From: Eledone cirrhosa
Lineage: Eukaryota
Direction of reading: 5' to 3'
Assembly: GCA_964016885.1 (NCBI GenBank)
Contig: OZ024762.1
Location: 6,634,001 to 6,698,000 of the forward strand
Length of the DNA stretch: 64,000 nt
Shown piece after piece: positions 39,081-52,472 of this stretch. Numbering within the stretch: the stretch's first letter is position 1; the number at the start of each line of letters is the position of its first letter. The position numbers were made by a program, and so were the translations under genes. Below the pieces are notes generated by a model. It saw only the letters and a program-made list of their open reading frames with translations, searched no databases and was not told the origin of the DNA.

Positions 39081-39614
39081 AACGAGTAGGACCCCGACGG
39101 CAGAGCTCAAGCCGTTTCGACGGCTAATTTAGTCTAGAATTAGCCGTCGAAACGGATTCAATCTGCTCATCAGATGCAATAAAGATTACAGTCAGAATAC
39201 ATAACGGCTTATGGTTCAGAGCGGGTTATTTGTGAAACACCTGTTACGTGTGATTGCGAATAAAATATGTTGAATTGTAACTTTGATTGCTCTTTCTTAA
39301 TATAATTGTTTCTACTTTTGGCACAAGGCCAGAAATTACCCAGTATATTACTGGTACTTTATTTTATCGACCCCGTAAGGATGAAAGGCAAAGTTAACCT
39401 CGACAGGATTTGAACTCAGATCATAAAGGGACGTAACTCTATGCTTCAAAGCATGGTGTCTGACTCTCTACCGATACTGCCAATCCCTTTCTTAATATAT
39501 CACTTTGCTACATGGGAACATATATGGAATGTAGAAATAACTCACTGTAACTATGACAATCTGAAATGTGGATGTAATGTGGCAATAATCCATTATAACT
39601 ATGGCAACATGTAA

Positions 39615-40411
39615 TCTATACTATAATAAAGGGAGGAGTGCGGGGGACAGCACCCGTTTTATAATTTTTTATCCTGTTAGTAAAATAAGTTGGATTAATT
39701 TGAATAAATAATTGTTTCTACTTTAGGCACAAGGCCAGCAATTACCCAGTGCATTACTGGTACTTTATTTTATCGACCCCGTAAGGATGAAAGGCAAAGT
39801 CAACCTGGGCGGGATTTGAACTCAGATCGTAAAGGGACGTAACTATGCTGGAAAGCATGGCGTCCGACCCTCTACCGATACTGCCAATCTACCACCCTTT
39901 AATTTGAATTAATTTGAATAAATAATGAATGAATATTATGTAATTTATCTACTACATTTTGTAGCTGTTGATTAAACATAAATATTCTTATATATAAAGT
40001 ATTGCTTATTTTAAGATTCACTCCTTTAAAATGTTCAAATGTCAACACTTCCGGTTAGCGTCCGTTATATCATAACACTTATCACATTGCTTACACAAAT
40101 GTTCATATATTTGCATCGTTATATAAGGTTTATATTTAGCTCGCTAATTTTCTACTTTTCCGTTTTCATAACATTTTAGTTTATTATATATGCAGTTTAT
40201 ATATAATATCGTCTTTTTTTTAATGTATCATGGATTACTTTACTGATTACAGAAGACAGTGTAACACAGACTTTGTTCAATTTCTGTGTATATTGTCAGT
40301 TATGATTTCATTTGACGTATCATATCTACATGCATATATATTTGCGTATAATATCAATATGCACACTACAAATGCTAGCAGAAAACCACCTGAAAGGTGG
40401 TTTTCTGCTAG
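39615..40411 (+). mobile_element. Non-autonomous Helitron with SINE insertion
   Basis: A|TCTATACTATAATAAA 5' end; 3' hairpin CTAGCAGAAAACCACCT-gaa-AGGTGGTTTTCTGCTAG|T; no TSD. The SINE at about 39710-39897 is flanked by ATTAATTTGAATAAATAAT. Confidence 0.8.
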
Positions 40412-41409
40412 TGTAGATTTAATGTAGCAATAATTCACTGCAACCATGGCAATAGCAACAACATGGAAGATGGATATAATGCAGCAATAATTCACCGTAA
40501 CCATGGTAACATGGATGTAATAATGTAGAAAAAACAAAATAAAACAAAAGAAAACTGAGTCAGACACCTTAGACATTCCTTACAACCAATTTTTGACAAT
40601 TTCCAAGAAAAAAAAATACATTACTCACAAAAATCCTTCTTCCCCCATCTTTTTTCAATTCTTCTCTCTGATCTGATCCAGCATCATCATGTTCAAGATT
40701 ACGATGATGATGTGTTCTTCAGAACAATTGGCAGACATGTACACCACACCCTCACCTATAAATGGCAACATGTACACCACATGCCACCTACCTATAACCT
40801 AGGCTTAACCCTCCCCACCTACCTTTCTTTTTTTTCTTCCTCTTCCACTCCACCCACTCCTAACCAGCCAAGCAGAAGTCCCAAACATTAATTAGCCATG
40901 ACTAACTATTATTAATTTAAAACAGGAAACATGGAAGTCATCACAATCTGTTACTAAAACAAGAACACAATAATAATAATAATAATAGTTTCTGATTTAG
41001 GCACAAAGCCAACAATTTTGGGGGATGGGAAAGTTGATTAAATTGACCCAGTGCATTACTGGTACTTTATTTTATCGACCCTGTAAAGATGAAAGGCAAA
41101 GCTAACCACGGTGAGATTTAAACTCAGAACATAAAGGGCCATAACTCTGTGCTGCAAAGCATGGTGTCTGACGCTCTACCGATACTGCCAACCCACCACA
41201 TAATAATAATACCGAAGGCCAGCTTGTGGTGGAAAGTACATGAAATTGACTCCAGTACTTAACTGGTACCTTATTCTGTTGACCTCAGAAGGAGGTGAAG
41301 TTGACCTTGGTGGGATTTTAACTCAAAACGTAAAGAGCAAGAACAAGTGACACTCAAATGACTCCACCAATCTACTTCCCTATAATAATAATAATAATAA
41401 TGATGATTT

Positions 41410-42271
41410 CTTTATTGGCCACTAGGGCCCACATATAGGGGACAATACAAAGACAGGGACAGTGGGGTTTACAATAAAATCAAGTAAAAATACACAATAA
41501 CAAAACAATGAACATATATAAAATTATATAGAAATATAAAATGTAACAAAATAAATACCCCAAGAGGGGGGCGGGGAAAGCAAACCACTCAGGGGCGACT
41601 CAGGTACCCCACCAATCCTGATCCACCAACACATCAAGGACACCCCTCTCTCTCTCTCAAATTAACCAGCCTACAGGTGCATGCTCAGAGTAGCCCCATT
41701 CACATTCTTGCCACATTCGCCCACCTTTTACCAAATGTACTGAGGGGCAGCACTTCTCTCTCCACCCTCACCTTCCTTTCCAAGTGAAACTGGAAAAAGT
41801 TGATGAGGGATTGGCTGAAGAGAAAAGTGTCTGTCTTCAGTTCTTTCAACCTCGTCCACCATACAACCTCTTTCGCTACTGCCACCAGACAGAGGAAAAT
41901 TGCCTGCCCTTCCTGGCCAAAAGTAGGCACCAGGTTGATCTTCCTTATGCACTCAGTCGATAGCAGGATCTGTCCTACACGCGACAACAGCTGTTCGAAA
42001 TAATTCCACATCAGTAATGCACGGACACTGGACGAGTGCGTGTAGTTCTAAACATAACTGCCACCCCACCTCCAATTTGCAGTCAACTAAGAGATGTGAA
42101 GATCTGATAGTCATCGAAAATGGGGGTTAGTGCGCGCATATCAGAAATCCTTGTCTCGCTGACAGCAATCACATCCATATTTAATGACCTGAGGTCATCG
42201 AGCAGGCGACCCTGCTTTCAGGATCACCCCAGGCCACAAACATTTAAACATCCCACTCTTAGGACAGCCAT
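41410..42271 (-). mobile_element. Internally deleted L1/Tx1-clade LINE ORF2
   Basis: APE N-terminus MAVLRVGCLNVCGLG..DVIAVSETR..GGGVAVMF is joined at about 42030 to the C-terminal region FLCLVAVAKEVVWWTR and the 3' UTR. Confidence 0.8.
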
Positions 42272-43187
42272 GTAGGCAGGCTAAAGGAGAAGAGGAAATG
42301 TTTACTTACCTCCTGGGGGCTTGTGGAGGTCGGGAGTTTTGGATTTCAAGGTTGGTGGGGGTTTCCTTTATATGATTAATATCAGTCTGTTGTAGATATG
42401 ATTTTAAACAAATAATGTACATATGTATAAAGCAAATGATACACTTGTAACTGTGTAAAATGCATGATGTGAGCAGCCTGGTGTGTTTATTTTTGGGTGG
42501 GGGCTTATCAATGTATGCAGTGAGTTTCTTTTCTGCCCTAGATGTCGGGAAGACTATTGGCAAGAAATAGAAACAAAACTGAAAGAAGAGGAAAAACACA
42601 AACAAGAATAATAATAATTTCTCTTATTTCATACAAGGGCATTGGCTGAAGGAGACATTACAAAGGCAAGTTACACAACAGGAGGAGGAGAGAGAGAGAG
42701 AGAGAGAGGGGGGGGGGTTACATTGAGACGAGAAAAAAAAAATAGGTAACAGTTTGCATAGTATAGGAATTATGTGTTCATAACATACAATTGAATAAGA
42801 CATTCACTCCTCTGTATTTTTTAGTGCAAGATATGAGAAATTCTGAACTAAAATAAAGGACAAAAAGTAGGATGGGGTGAATGGAAAGAGGGGGGGGGGG
42901 GGGGAATATACACAAGTACACATTTTCAGATATTTTTTTACTGAGCTTATAAATACTCATTTCAAATAGCAAAGTTGCAAATATGTGTTGATAAACCACG
43001 CTTCTACACAAAATGCTAAACATCCGGTTGATTTAACATTCTTTAACGTCATGAGAAACTGAAATCTGGTATTGAAATATGTGTGAGATTGAGATTTTGA
43101 TGGATAACATGGTAGAGGTTTACACAAAACTTTACATAGACATGGCTGGAGTGGTTTTATACACAAGGATGTAATTTACATAGACAT

Positions 43188-43512
43188 GCTCATACGGGAA
43201 CTGATTTTGGCTTGATTTCTACAGCTGGATGCCCTTCCTAACACCAACCTCATTTACAGTGTGGGCTGGGTGCTTTTTTCCCGTGGCACCTCCACGACCA
43301 CTTTGCAGTGGAATGATAGGGACCCCAGTCCCTATCATCTCATTTCTACAGCTGAGTAAACTGAAGCAATGTGAAATAAAGTGTCTTGCTCAAGGAAACA
43401 ACACATCACTTGGTGTAAGAATTGAACTCACAACCTTTCGATTGCAAGCCCAATGCTCTAACCACTAAGCCATGCTAGCGTGGAAGAACGGACGTAAAAA
43501 GGTGATGATGAT
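43188..43512. mobile_element. Composite SINE with inverted body and forward tail
   Basis: 43188-43472 is minus strand (body to tRNA head); 43470-43512 is a plus-strand tail. It sits within a 51-bp minisatellite (43133-43860). Confidence 0.8.
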
Positions 43513-44442
43513 GGCTGTACTCTGGAGTGGTTTTATACACAAGGATGTAATTTACATAGACATGGCTGTACTCTGGAGTGGTTTTATACACAAGGATGTA
43601 ATTTACATAGACATGGTTATATTCCAGGGTTATTTTATATACAATGCTGTAATTTACATAGACATGGCTGTACTCTGGGGTTGTTTTATACACAATAATT
43701 GTTTCTACTTTTGGCACAAGGCCAGCAATTACCCAGTGCATTACTGGTACTTTATTTTATCGACCCTGTAAGGATGAAAGGCAAAGTTAACCTCGACGGG
43801 ATTTGAACTCAGACCGTTTTACACAAATAATGCAATTTAAATAGACATGGCTGTATTCTGATGTCATATTCTCCACAAAGTTCTAATTGGTTTTGCCCAT
43901 AAAATCTGTCTGTGCTTTTCAATAACTTTTTCAAATAATCAATAATTTGTAAGGATTTAGTGATATTTAACTAATATTTTCTTTATTAAGCTTGTGCTTG
44001 AAATATCATTTTCTGACATAAAATTGTGATAGAAGGTCTAAATTTAAATACAAACAATTTAAAACGAACAGTTTTGTATTATAGGAATGGGGGAGGGGGT
44101 TCAGATGGTTTTGTATCAAAAGGGTTAAAGTTGATATAACAGGTTTTGCTTTGTCTTTGTTTGTTTGTTTATATACACACACATACAAATATATATATAT
44201 ATATATATATATATGTCCCACCCTTGCAAGCAGGGAAAAGCAGACGTAAAATGATGATGATGATGATGATGATTATATATATATATATATATATACATAC
44301 AAATATATATATATATCCAAATATATATATATATACAAATATATATATATAAATATATATATATATACAAATATATATATATATATATATACAAATATAT
44401 ATATATATATATATATATACAAATATATATATATATATATAT

Positions 44443-44527
<85 letters not shown>

Positions 44528-44748
44528 AATATATATATATATATATGCATATATATACAAATAGCCAGAATCAGTTCCCGTCCCACCCTTGCAAGCAGGG
44601 AAAAGCGGACGTAAAATGATGATGATGATGATGATGATGATGATACAAATATATATATATATATATATACAAATATATATATATATATATATATGCATAT
44701 ATATACAAATATATATGCATACATACAAATATATATATATACATACAT

Positions 44749-44785
<37 letters not shown>

Positions 44786-44863
44786 CATACAAATATATAT
44801 ATATATATATATTTATACATACAAATATATATATATATATACATATATACATACATACATATA

Positions 44864-45672
44864 CAGGGTGCAGACGATATTTGTTCACAAGATTACTGTC
44901 TAGGAAAAAATAACACAGTAGTTTTATTTTTTAAGATATATTTATCAAACTTGGGTCAGTTTGTCTTCATGACCTGTTCTTTCGATCTCACTCGATAAAC
45001 CCGCCATTGGCTTTGATGACGGCCTCAAAGGGCCTCGGAACTGGCTACAGGCCTTCGTCACTGTCCCCCGACTTAGGCCCCTAAAGGCACTTGTGATCCT
45101 GGCCTTCAGATCGTCTTTCGTATTGCAGCTAGATCTGTTGGTGTCTCGTTCCACTGAGCCCCACACAAAGAAGTCGAGGGGGATTGGAGTCAGGCAAGCT
45201 GGGAGACCAGATGTCAGGTACGGCCTACCTGCAGCTACCTGGTCGATCCAGGGCTTTACTACCTCACTCAGAACGCAGATGTAGCCATCGGTGTTCAGCT
45301 TGAGGCCCTCAGGGAAGAAGTGAGGTGGCATGACGTCACCTTGACTGCTGACGACACCTAAGACCAATGTTGTCACTGGAGACTTTGTCTGCATGACTCT
45401 GGGCATGTCTTTGGATGAGACACCATTCTCCTGCTGACGCTGAGAAAGTCTGAAATTTCCTTATTTGTCCTCCCGGCACGGATTCCAAGAAGAACTCCGT
45501 GTCTCTTCCACAAATTTGGAGGTTCAAAATTATTCATAATCAATTATTCTGAAAATAAATAATGGAAATATAGTCACTGTTTTTATGAAGACAAGAGTGA
45601 CAACGGAAGTAAAATAAATTTGCATAAAATTAGCAGTTGAAAATTGCGAACAAATATCGTCCTCACCCAGTG
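44864..45672 (-). mobile_element. Internally deleted Tc1/mariner-superfamily transposon, DD37D (maT)-like
   Basis: TIRs CAGGGTGCAGACGATATTTGTTCACAA / TTGCGAACAAATATCGTCCTCACCCAGTG with TA flanks. Encodes VLGVVSSQGDVMPPHFFPEGLKLN..VVKPWI..PLDFFVWG. Confidence 0.8.
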
Positions 45673-45738
45673 TATATATGTACATACATACAAATACATA
45701 CATATATATACACATACAAATACATATATATATATGTC

Positions 45739-45792
<54 letters not shown>

Positions 45793-45811
45793 TATATATA
45801 TATATACACAC

Positions 45812-45852
<41 letters not shown>

Positions 45853-45857
45853 CACAT

Positions 45858-45892
<35 letters not shown>

Positions 45893-46299
45893 TATATATA
45901 TATATACACAATTCTTTCTAAGTGATGAAATTCAATATAGAAAAACAGACAATTATTGAACACTGACTGGATTCTCTATTGATCCTCTGCTGTTGAAAGA
46001 TGTAAAGATATCAGAAACGCTGCGAAAAATTATAAAGAAAATAAAGAAGCAAACGCCATCATGGAAATATGGCGTTATGAAGAGAGAACCCGGTGTAAGA
46101 AGATATTATCTTTTGTCATAGAAAACTATCTACGAAAACAATCTAGAATTTTATTTTGGAGTCTCACAATCTTCTATATCTAAGGAGTACAAACTCTTCG
46201 TACTCCTGGAGATGAGGGTTGCACATTTTTTCGGGGGTATGTGTTACCCATATGAAATGTCTCCCCCTATTGGGGAAAATCGACTAATTTTTTAAATTG

Positions 46300-46395
46300 C
46301 ATTTGTGATAACATTTTACACGTTTTTATTGTATGTAAACATCCCCCTTTGTATTTGTCCCCTTCTTTTGTGCCCCTGTGGCTAATAAAGAAACA
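46300..46395 (+). mobile_element. L1/Tx1 LINE 3' UTR remnant
   Basis: TTTGTATTTGTCCCC..GTGGCTAATAAAGAAA resembles the reverse complement of 41410-41470. Confidence 0.45.
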
Positions 46396-46442
46396 TATAT
46401 CTTTCTTTCTCCCCCCCCCTCTCTACCTTTTGCTTTTTGTTT

Positions 46443-46672
46443 TTCTCTCACCCCTTTTTCACCAATTCTCTCCCACGCTCTGCCTTTCTCTCTCACCCCT
46501 TTTTCACCAATTCTCTCCCACTCTCTGCCTTTCTCTCTCTTTCTCTCTCACCCCTTTTTCACCAATTCTCTCCCACTCTCTGCCTTTCTCTCTCTTTCTC
46601 TCTCACCCCTTTTTCACCAATTCTCTCCCACTCTCTGCCTTTCTCTCTCTTTCTCTCTCACCCCTTTTCACT
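46443..46672. repeat. CT-rich ~45-55-bp tandem repeat, about 4 copies
   Basis: CTCACCCCTTTTTCACCAATTCTCTCCCACTCTCTGCCTTT. Confidence 0.85.
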
Positions 46673-48021
46673 ACATCACTCTCTCTCTCCTCTCTTATAT
46701 TTATCATTCTTGCCCCCCCCCCCCTTCCACACTCTCCCTCTCTCAGTTCAAAGGTTTCTAAATTCCAACACAACTATCTCCATTTAGCTATGGGTCTCTC
46801 TCTCTCTCTCTATTGTGTCTTTTAACATGGCACCTTAAAGAGAAAGAGACAGAGACAGGTGGGGAACATTGTTATAGAGAGACACAATTCCTGCTTTAAG
46901 TTCCGGTATCATTACTGTTTTTAGTAAAACTTCTAAATCTTCTGTCATTTCTGGCTTCATATCAACCAATTCCATACTAAATTGTTAAATTTAGTATGGT
47001 TATTTTTTTCTCTGTAAAGTTATGTTGGTACCACAAAACATCCAGCCCATACTGTAAAGTGGTTGTGTAGGTGTCACAACAAAAAGTACCCAGCCCACAC
47101 TATAAAGTGGTTGTGTAGGTGTCACAACAAAAGCCCCCAGCCCACACTGTAAAGTGGTTGTGTAGCTGTCACAACAAAAAGCACTCAGCCCACACTATAA
47201 AGTGGTTGTGTAGGTGTCACGACAAAAAGCACCCAGCCCACTCTATAAAGTGGTCATGTAGGTGTCACAACAAAAAGCACCCAGCCCACTCTATAAAGTG
47301 GTCATGTAGGTGTTACGACAATAAGCACCCAGCCCACACTGTAAAGTGGTTGTGTAGGTGTCACAACAATAAGCACCCAGTCCACACTCTAAAGTGGTCA
47401 TGTTGGAGTCACGGTAAAAACCACCAACACACACTGTAAATGTGGTTGGTGTTAGGAAGGGCATCCAGCCATAGAAAACCAGCAATAAACTGTCCTATAT
47501 GAGCAAGACACGGTCACCCAAACCAACTTGCCTCATGTGGGACAAATCCGTCTAACCCATGTTAGAGTGGAATTAAGATGTTAAACGATGATGATGATGA
47601 ACCTTTGTTAAGTTATGTTCCACTCTGCCACTATCATCTCTGGTACCACAGCACCACCATCACTGCCCACCACTGACCACCACCACCACCACCAAACCCC
47701 ACCACCACCACCGCCAACATCACCACCAAGAACAACAATAAAAACCAGTTAGCCAGTCAGTCAATTAGTGTCCAGTATAGTTGTCACCATGACAACTACA
47801 TGGCTAGTTGTAAAATAAATGGTAATGTGACAAAGGTGATGGAACTAGTAAGAAGCCAGAGTTCCTGATAGTAAGGAAATGGAAATACACACTTGGAGAT
47901 TTCCACCAAACAAATCTATTCTATTTTTTTTTATTGGAATTTTGGAATCTGCTAAATCAGAGTTGACAATTACAGCGGTGACTACATGGACCAAACCAGT
48001 AATCTATATACATACATATAC

Positions 48022-48342
48022 ATATCATCATCATCACTGTTTTACGTCCGTTCTTCCACGCTAGCATGGGTTAGATGGGTTGTCCTGTTGTGGGCAGTGT
48101 CTGGTCAGCTGACCTTGTCTTGCTCATACAGGAACTGATTTTGGCTTGATTTCTACAGCTGGATGCCCTTCCTAACACCAACCTCATTTACAGTGAGTGC
48201 TGGGTGCTTTTTTGCCATGGCACCTCCACGACCACTTTACAGTGGAATGATATGGACCCCAGTCCCTATCATCTCATTTCTACAGCTGAGTAAACTGGAG
48301 CAATGTGAAATAAAGTGTCTTGCTCAAGGAAACAACACATCC
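48022..48342 (-). mobile_element. Composite CORE SINE, 5'-truncated
   Basis: Reverse-complement homology to 35005-35339. Confidence 0.85.
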
Positions 48343-48344
48343 CC

Positions 48345-48421
48345 CAGTTTCATTTGGAAGAATTCATCAGGAAGCCCAGATGATTTCTTCCGAGTGAAAC
48401 AGTTCTAGTCCTGTAGAAGCC
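48345..48421. ncRNA. Hammerhead family F, present as inverted partial copies
   Basis: Minus strand has GGCTTC-CTGATGA-ATTcttccaAAT-GAAAC; plus strand has AGATGA..GAAACAG ttctagtc CTGTA-GAAGCC. The composite gives a complete type I fold with GUA cleavage. Confidence 0.6.
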
Positions 48422-48547
48422 ATTTCTATATTAAATATATATATATGTATATGTAAGTATATACTGCATATATAAAACCCCCCGCCCCCACGTTCTTCCT
48501 TTCTTCTTACTCTCATTCCATTTTTAAGCCTATATATATATATACAT

Positions 48548-48578
<31 letters not shown>

Positions 48579-48716
48579 AATATATATACACATATATATA
48601 ACCACTAACTAATGTCTCTCTATATATAAACACTTGTATTATATATTTTCTGTATTACCATACTTAACACCTACATAGGTAATATCAGATGACTGTTAAA
48701 ATGACAAAATGACAAG

Positions 48717-49060
48717 TACCACCACCACCACTACTACCACTACTACTACCACCACTACCACCATCACTACTACCACCACCATCACTACTACCACCACCAC
48801 CACTACTACTATCACCACTACCACCACCACCACCACCTCTGCCACTACTACTACCACCACCATCACTACTACAACCACAACCACCACCACCACTACTACT
48901 ACCACCACCACCACTACTACCACCACCACCACCACTACCACCACCACTACTACTACTACCACCACTACCACTGTCACTACTACCACCACCACCACCTCTA
49001 CCACTACTACTACTACTACCACCACCACCACCACTACTACTACTACCACCACCACCACTG

Positions 49061-49100
<40 letters not shown>

Positions 49101-49482
49101 CCCTGCCACTAACACCGCCCCTACTAGCACCACTACTACTACCACTACCACCACCACTACTCCTACCACCATCACCACCACTACTACTACTACCACCACT
49201 ACCACCATCACCACTGCTACCACCACCACCACCACCACCACTACCACTACTACCCCCACCACCACTGCCACTATTACTACTACCACCACCACCACCACCA
49301 CCACCACTGCCACTACCACCACCACCACCACTGCCACTACCACCACCACCACCACCACCACCACTGCCACTACCACCACCACCACCACCGCCACTACCAC
49401 CACCACCACCACCACCACCACCACCACCACCACAACCACCACCACCACCACCACCACCACCACCACCACCACCACCACCACA
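48717..49482. repeat. (ACC/ACT)n microsatellite
   Basis: Seen directly. Similar tracts at 52725-53232, 61148-61545 and 61592-62075. Confidence 0.95.
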
Positions 49483-49672
49483 CTTCTAGTCTCTCTCTAC
49501 CAGTTATGACACAAGAAGACATCACATTATTCCACCTACAGTTGCAGCCAGCTATAAACAAATGCTTTTTATGTGAAACTGGGAGGTGGAAACAGTATCT
49601 AAAGTGTTTGATATATATATATATATATATATACATACTTACAAATATACATACAAATATATATATATACAT

Positions 49673-49713
<41 letters not shown>

Positions 49714-49750
49714 CGTGCATATACATACATACAAATATATATATATACAT

Positions 49751-49794
<44 letters not shown>

Positions 49795-49826
49795 GTGCAC
49801 ATACATACAAATATATATATATACAT

Positions 49827-49865
<39 letters not shown>

Positions 49866-49898
49866 CGTGCATATACATACATACAAATATATATATAT

Positions 49899-49929
<31 letters not shown>

Positions 49930-50142
49930 CGTGCATATACATACATACATACAAATATATATATATACATAGACACACACATATATATATCTATATCTAT
50001 ATATATATATATATATACATACATATACATATATATACATCATCATCATCATCATCATCATTATCATCATCTTCGTTTAACGTCCATCTTCCACGCTAGC
50101 ATGGGTTAGATGGGAATTGTCCTACTTGAGGCAAGGTTGGTC

Positions 50143-50912
50143 CAAGAGGTGATTAAGGAAATGAAAAAGGGTAAGGTTGTTGGTCCGTCGGGATAGTTGC
50201 TGAGATGCTGAAGGCATCAGGGGACGTAGGCACTAAACTGGTTGCACGCATCATCAATCAGGCTATATATGGTGGTGTCATACCCAAAGACTGGTGCAGC
50301 AGTATTCTCATAAATTGCTACAAAGGTAAAGGGGATGCTCTGGAGGGGAGCAATTATAGGGATATAAAACTGATGGATCAGGTTATGAAAGTGGCAGAAA
50401 GGCTATTAGCACAACTAATTAGAGAAAGGGTCAAACTAGATGAGATGCAGTTTGGTTTTGTGCCTGGGAAGAGTACAACAGATGCCCTCTTCTTGGTGAG
50501 ACAATTACAACAGAGGTTCTTAGAGAAAAATACGCCACTATACTTAGCCTTTGTTGACCTAGAGAAGGCCTTTGATAGGGTACCCCGATCTGTCATCTGG
50601 TAGTCCCTAAGGAAACTAGGTGTTGAGGAATGGCTCGTGATGACAGTGCAAACTTTGTACAGAGGTATTGTCAGTAAAGTCAGGTTAGGAATGGAGTTTA
50701 GTGGGAAATTCCAGATACAAGTAGGAGTACATCAAGGTTTGGTCCTCAGCCCGCTCTTGTTCATTATAGTCCTCCAAGCCATAACAGAGGAGTTTAAGAC
50801 TGGCTGTCCATGGGAACTTCTCTATGCTGACGATCTAGTTCTTATAGCAGAATCAATAGAGGAGCTAGTGAATAAATTCTGGCTATGGAAACAGCAGTTG
50901 GAAGCAAGAGGA
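50143..50912 (+). mobile_element. RTE LINE reverse transcriptase fragment with in-frame stops
   Basis: IPKDWCSS..YKGKGD..NYRDIKL..QFGFVPGKSTTDA..DLEKAFDRVPR..GVHQG..LSPLLF..LLYADDL. Confidence 0.95.
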
Positions 50913-51337
50913 CTGGGGTTGGACAAAATAATGGAAACACCTAGCATCATAGCATCATAATTTTGAAATATCTATAAAACCGTCAAAAGCTTGTTTATTT
51001 TTGTTTTTTGATTTATTATTAGTGTTGCTTAATATGTTTTGTTAAAATTGCTGTTTCTTTTCAGATATCATCAGAAAAAGGTAATTAAAATTCATTAAAA
51101 TGACAGATCTATCGGACTTTCGAAGAGGTCAAATTGTTGGTGCTCGTATGGCAGGCGCTAGCGTAACGAAAACAGCCGAAATGTTTGGTGTATCAAGAAG
51201 TACTGTCTCAAAAGTAATGACAGCCTTTGAGAAAGAGGGAAAAACCTCCTCGTCGAAACAAAAATCCGGAAGAAAACCAAAATTTTCAGATAGGGGCTGT
51301 TGCACTCTGACGCGAATTGTTAGAAATGATCATCAGT
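50913..51337 (+). mobile_element. Tc1-like transposon left end with transposase N-terminus
   Basis: TIR-like CTGGGGTTGGACAAAATAATGGAAACACC. ORF 51100-51339 MTDLSDFRRGQIVGARMAGASVTKTAEMFGVSRSTVSKV..SGRKPK is HTH plus GRPR-like. Confidence 0.85.
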
Positions 51338-52433
51338 GAAGGGGAGGATTGAACTATGATACAGGATTAAATATCTATGATTTGCTATTTAATGGTGAAA
51401 CGTATTTCTGATAATGGAAACGTATTTCTGATAATGGAATATAAGGAGAATATAATAGAATGGAATATAAGGAGAATAACCATTATTGTTAGGTATCTAT
51501 ATTTGAAATTCTCATTAAATTTTAATATGCTACCTCCATAACTATGTGTGCTTACACTGTTTACAAATTAGCCTCTGTCAATGTTTGATATGTTTATTTT
51601 ATATATATGTCAGTCAACCTTTAATTTAATTTTTAATAAATGCTCGGATTTATTCCTTAGAATCTTTGAGCTTCTTCTTCAAATGGTATGGTGCATGTTT
51701 GTGATTTTCTCATACATCATATCTATAATTTTGTTAGTATATATGTATGAGGTGGTGAATTAGCATGGGTCGTTAGAACGCTGGATAGAATGCTTTGCAG
51801 CATTCATTTCAGTTTTCAGCTTTTTAAAATAAAGTACCAGTAATGCACTGACGTCAATTTAATAGACTTTCACCTCCCACTAAAACTGATTGATGGCTTT
51901 GTGCCAAAAGTAGAAACAATTATTATTATTTGAGGCTGTATTGAGTTCAAATTCCCATCAAGGTCAACTTTGACTTCCATCCTTTCAGAGCTGACAAAAT
52001 AAAGTACCAGTAATGCACTGTGGTCTATGTAATCTACTTTCCCCTCCCTCCAAAACTGATGGCCTTGTGCCGACAGTAGAATCCATTATTTGCCTTCAGT
52101 TTTCTATCTCAATATTTTCACAGTAAATATACTTCATAAAGTCAATTAACAGTTACAGGCCCATGACTGAATAAAATGAAAGCTCAGGGGAGTCATGGGA
52201 CTGAACTTGCATCATATGTCAATGTTTACTGTCCCTTTAGAGTAATACCATCATTGCCACCATCGCTGCTTAGAAAAGACACTCATTTCAATAGTTCCCT
52301 TCTTTTTTTTTTTTTTCCACAAGAATTATAATGATGTTCAAATTGTTTTGCTTGTGTGTGAGTATATATATATATATATATACGCAAAAAAAAAACCACA
52401 CACACACAAATATATGTATACACAGAGAAAATG

Positions 52434-52472
<39 letters not shown>

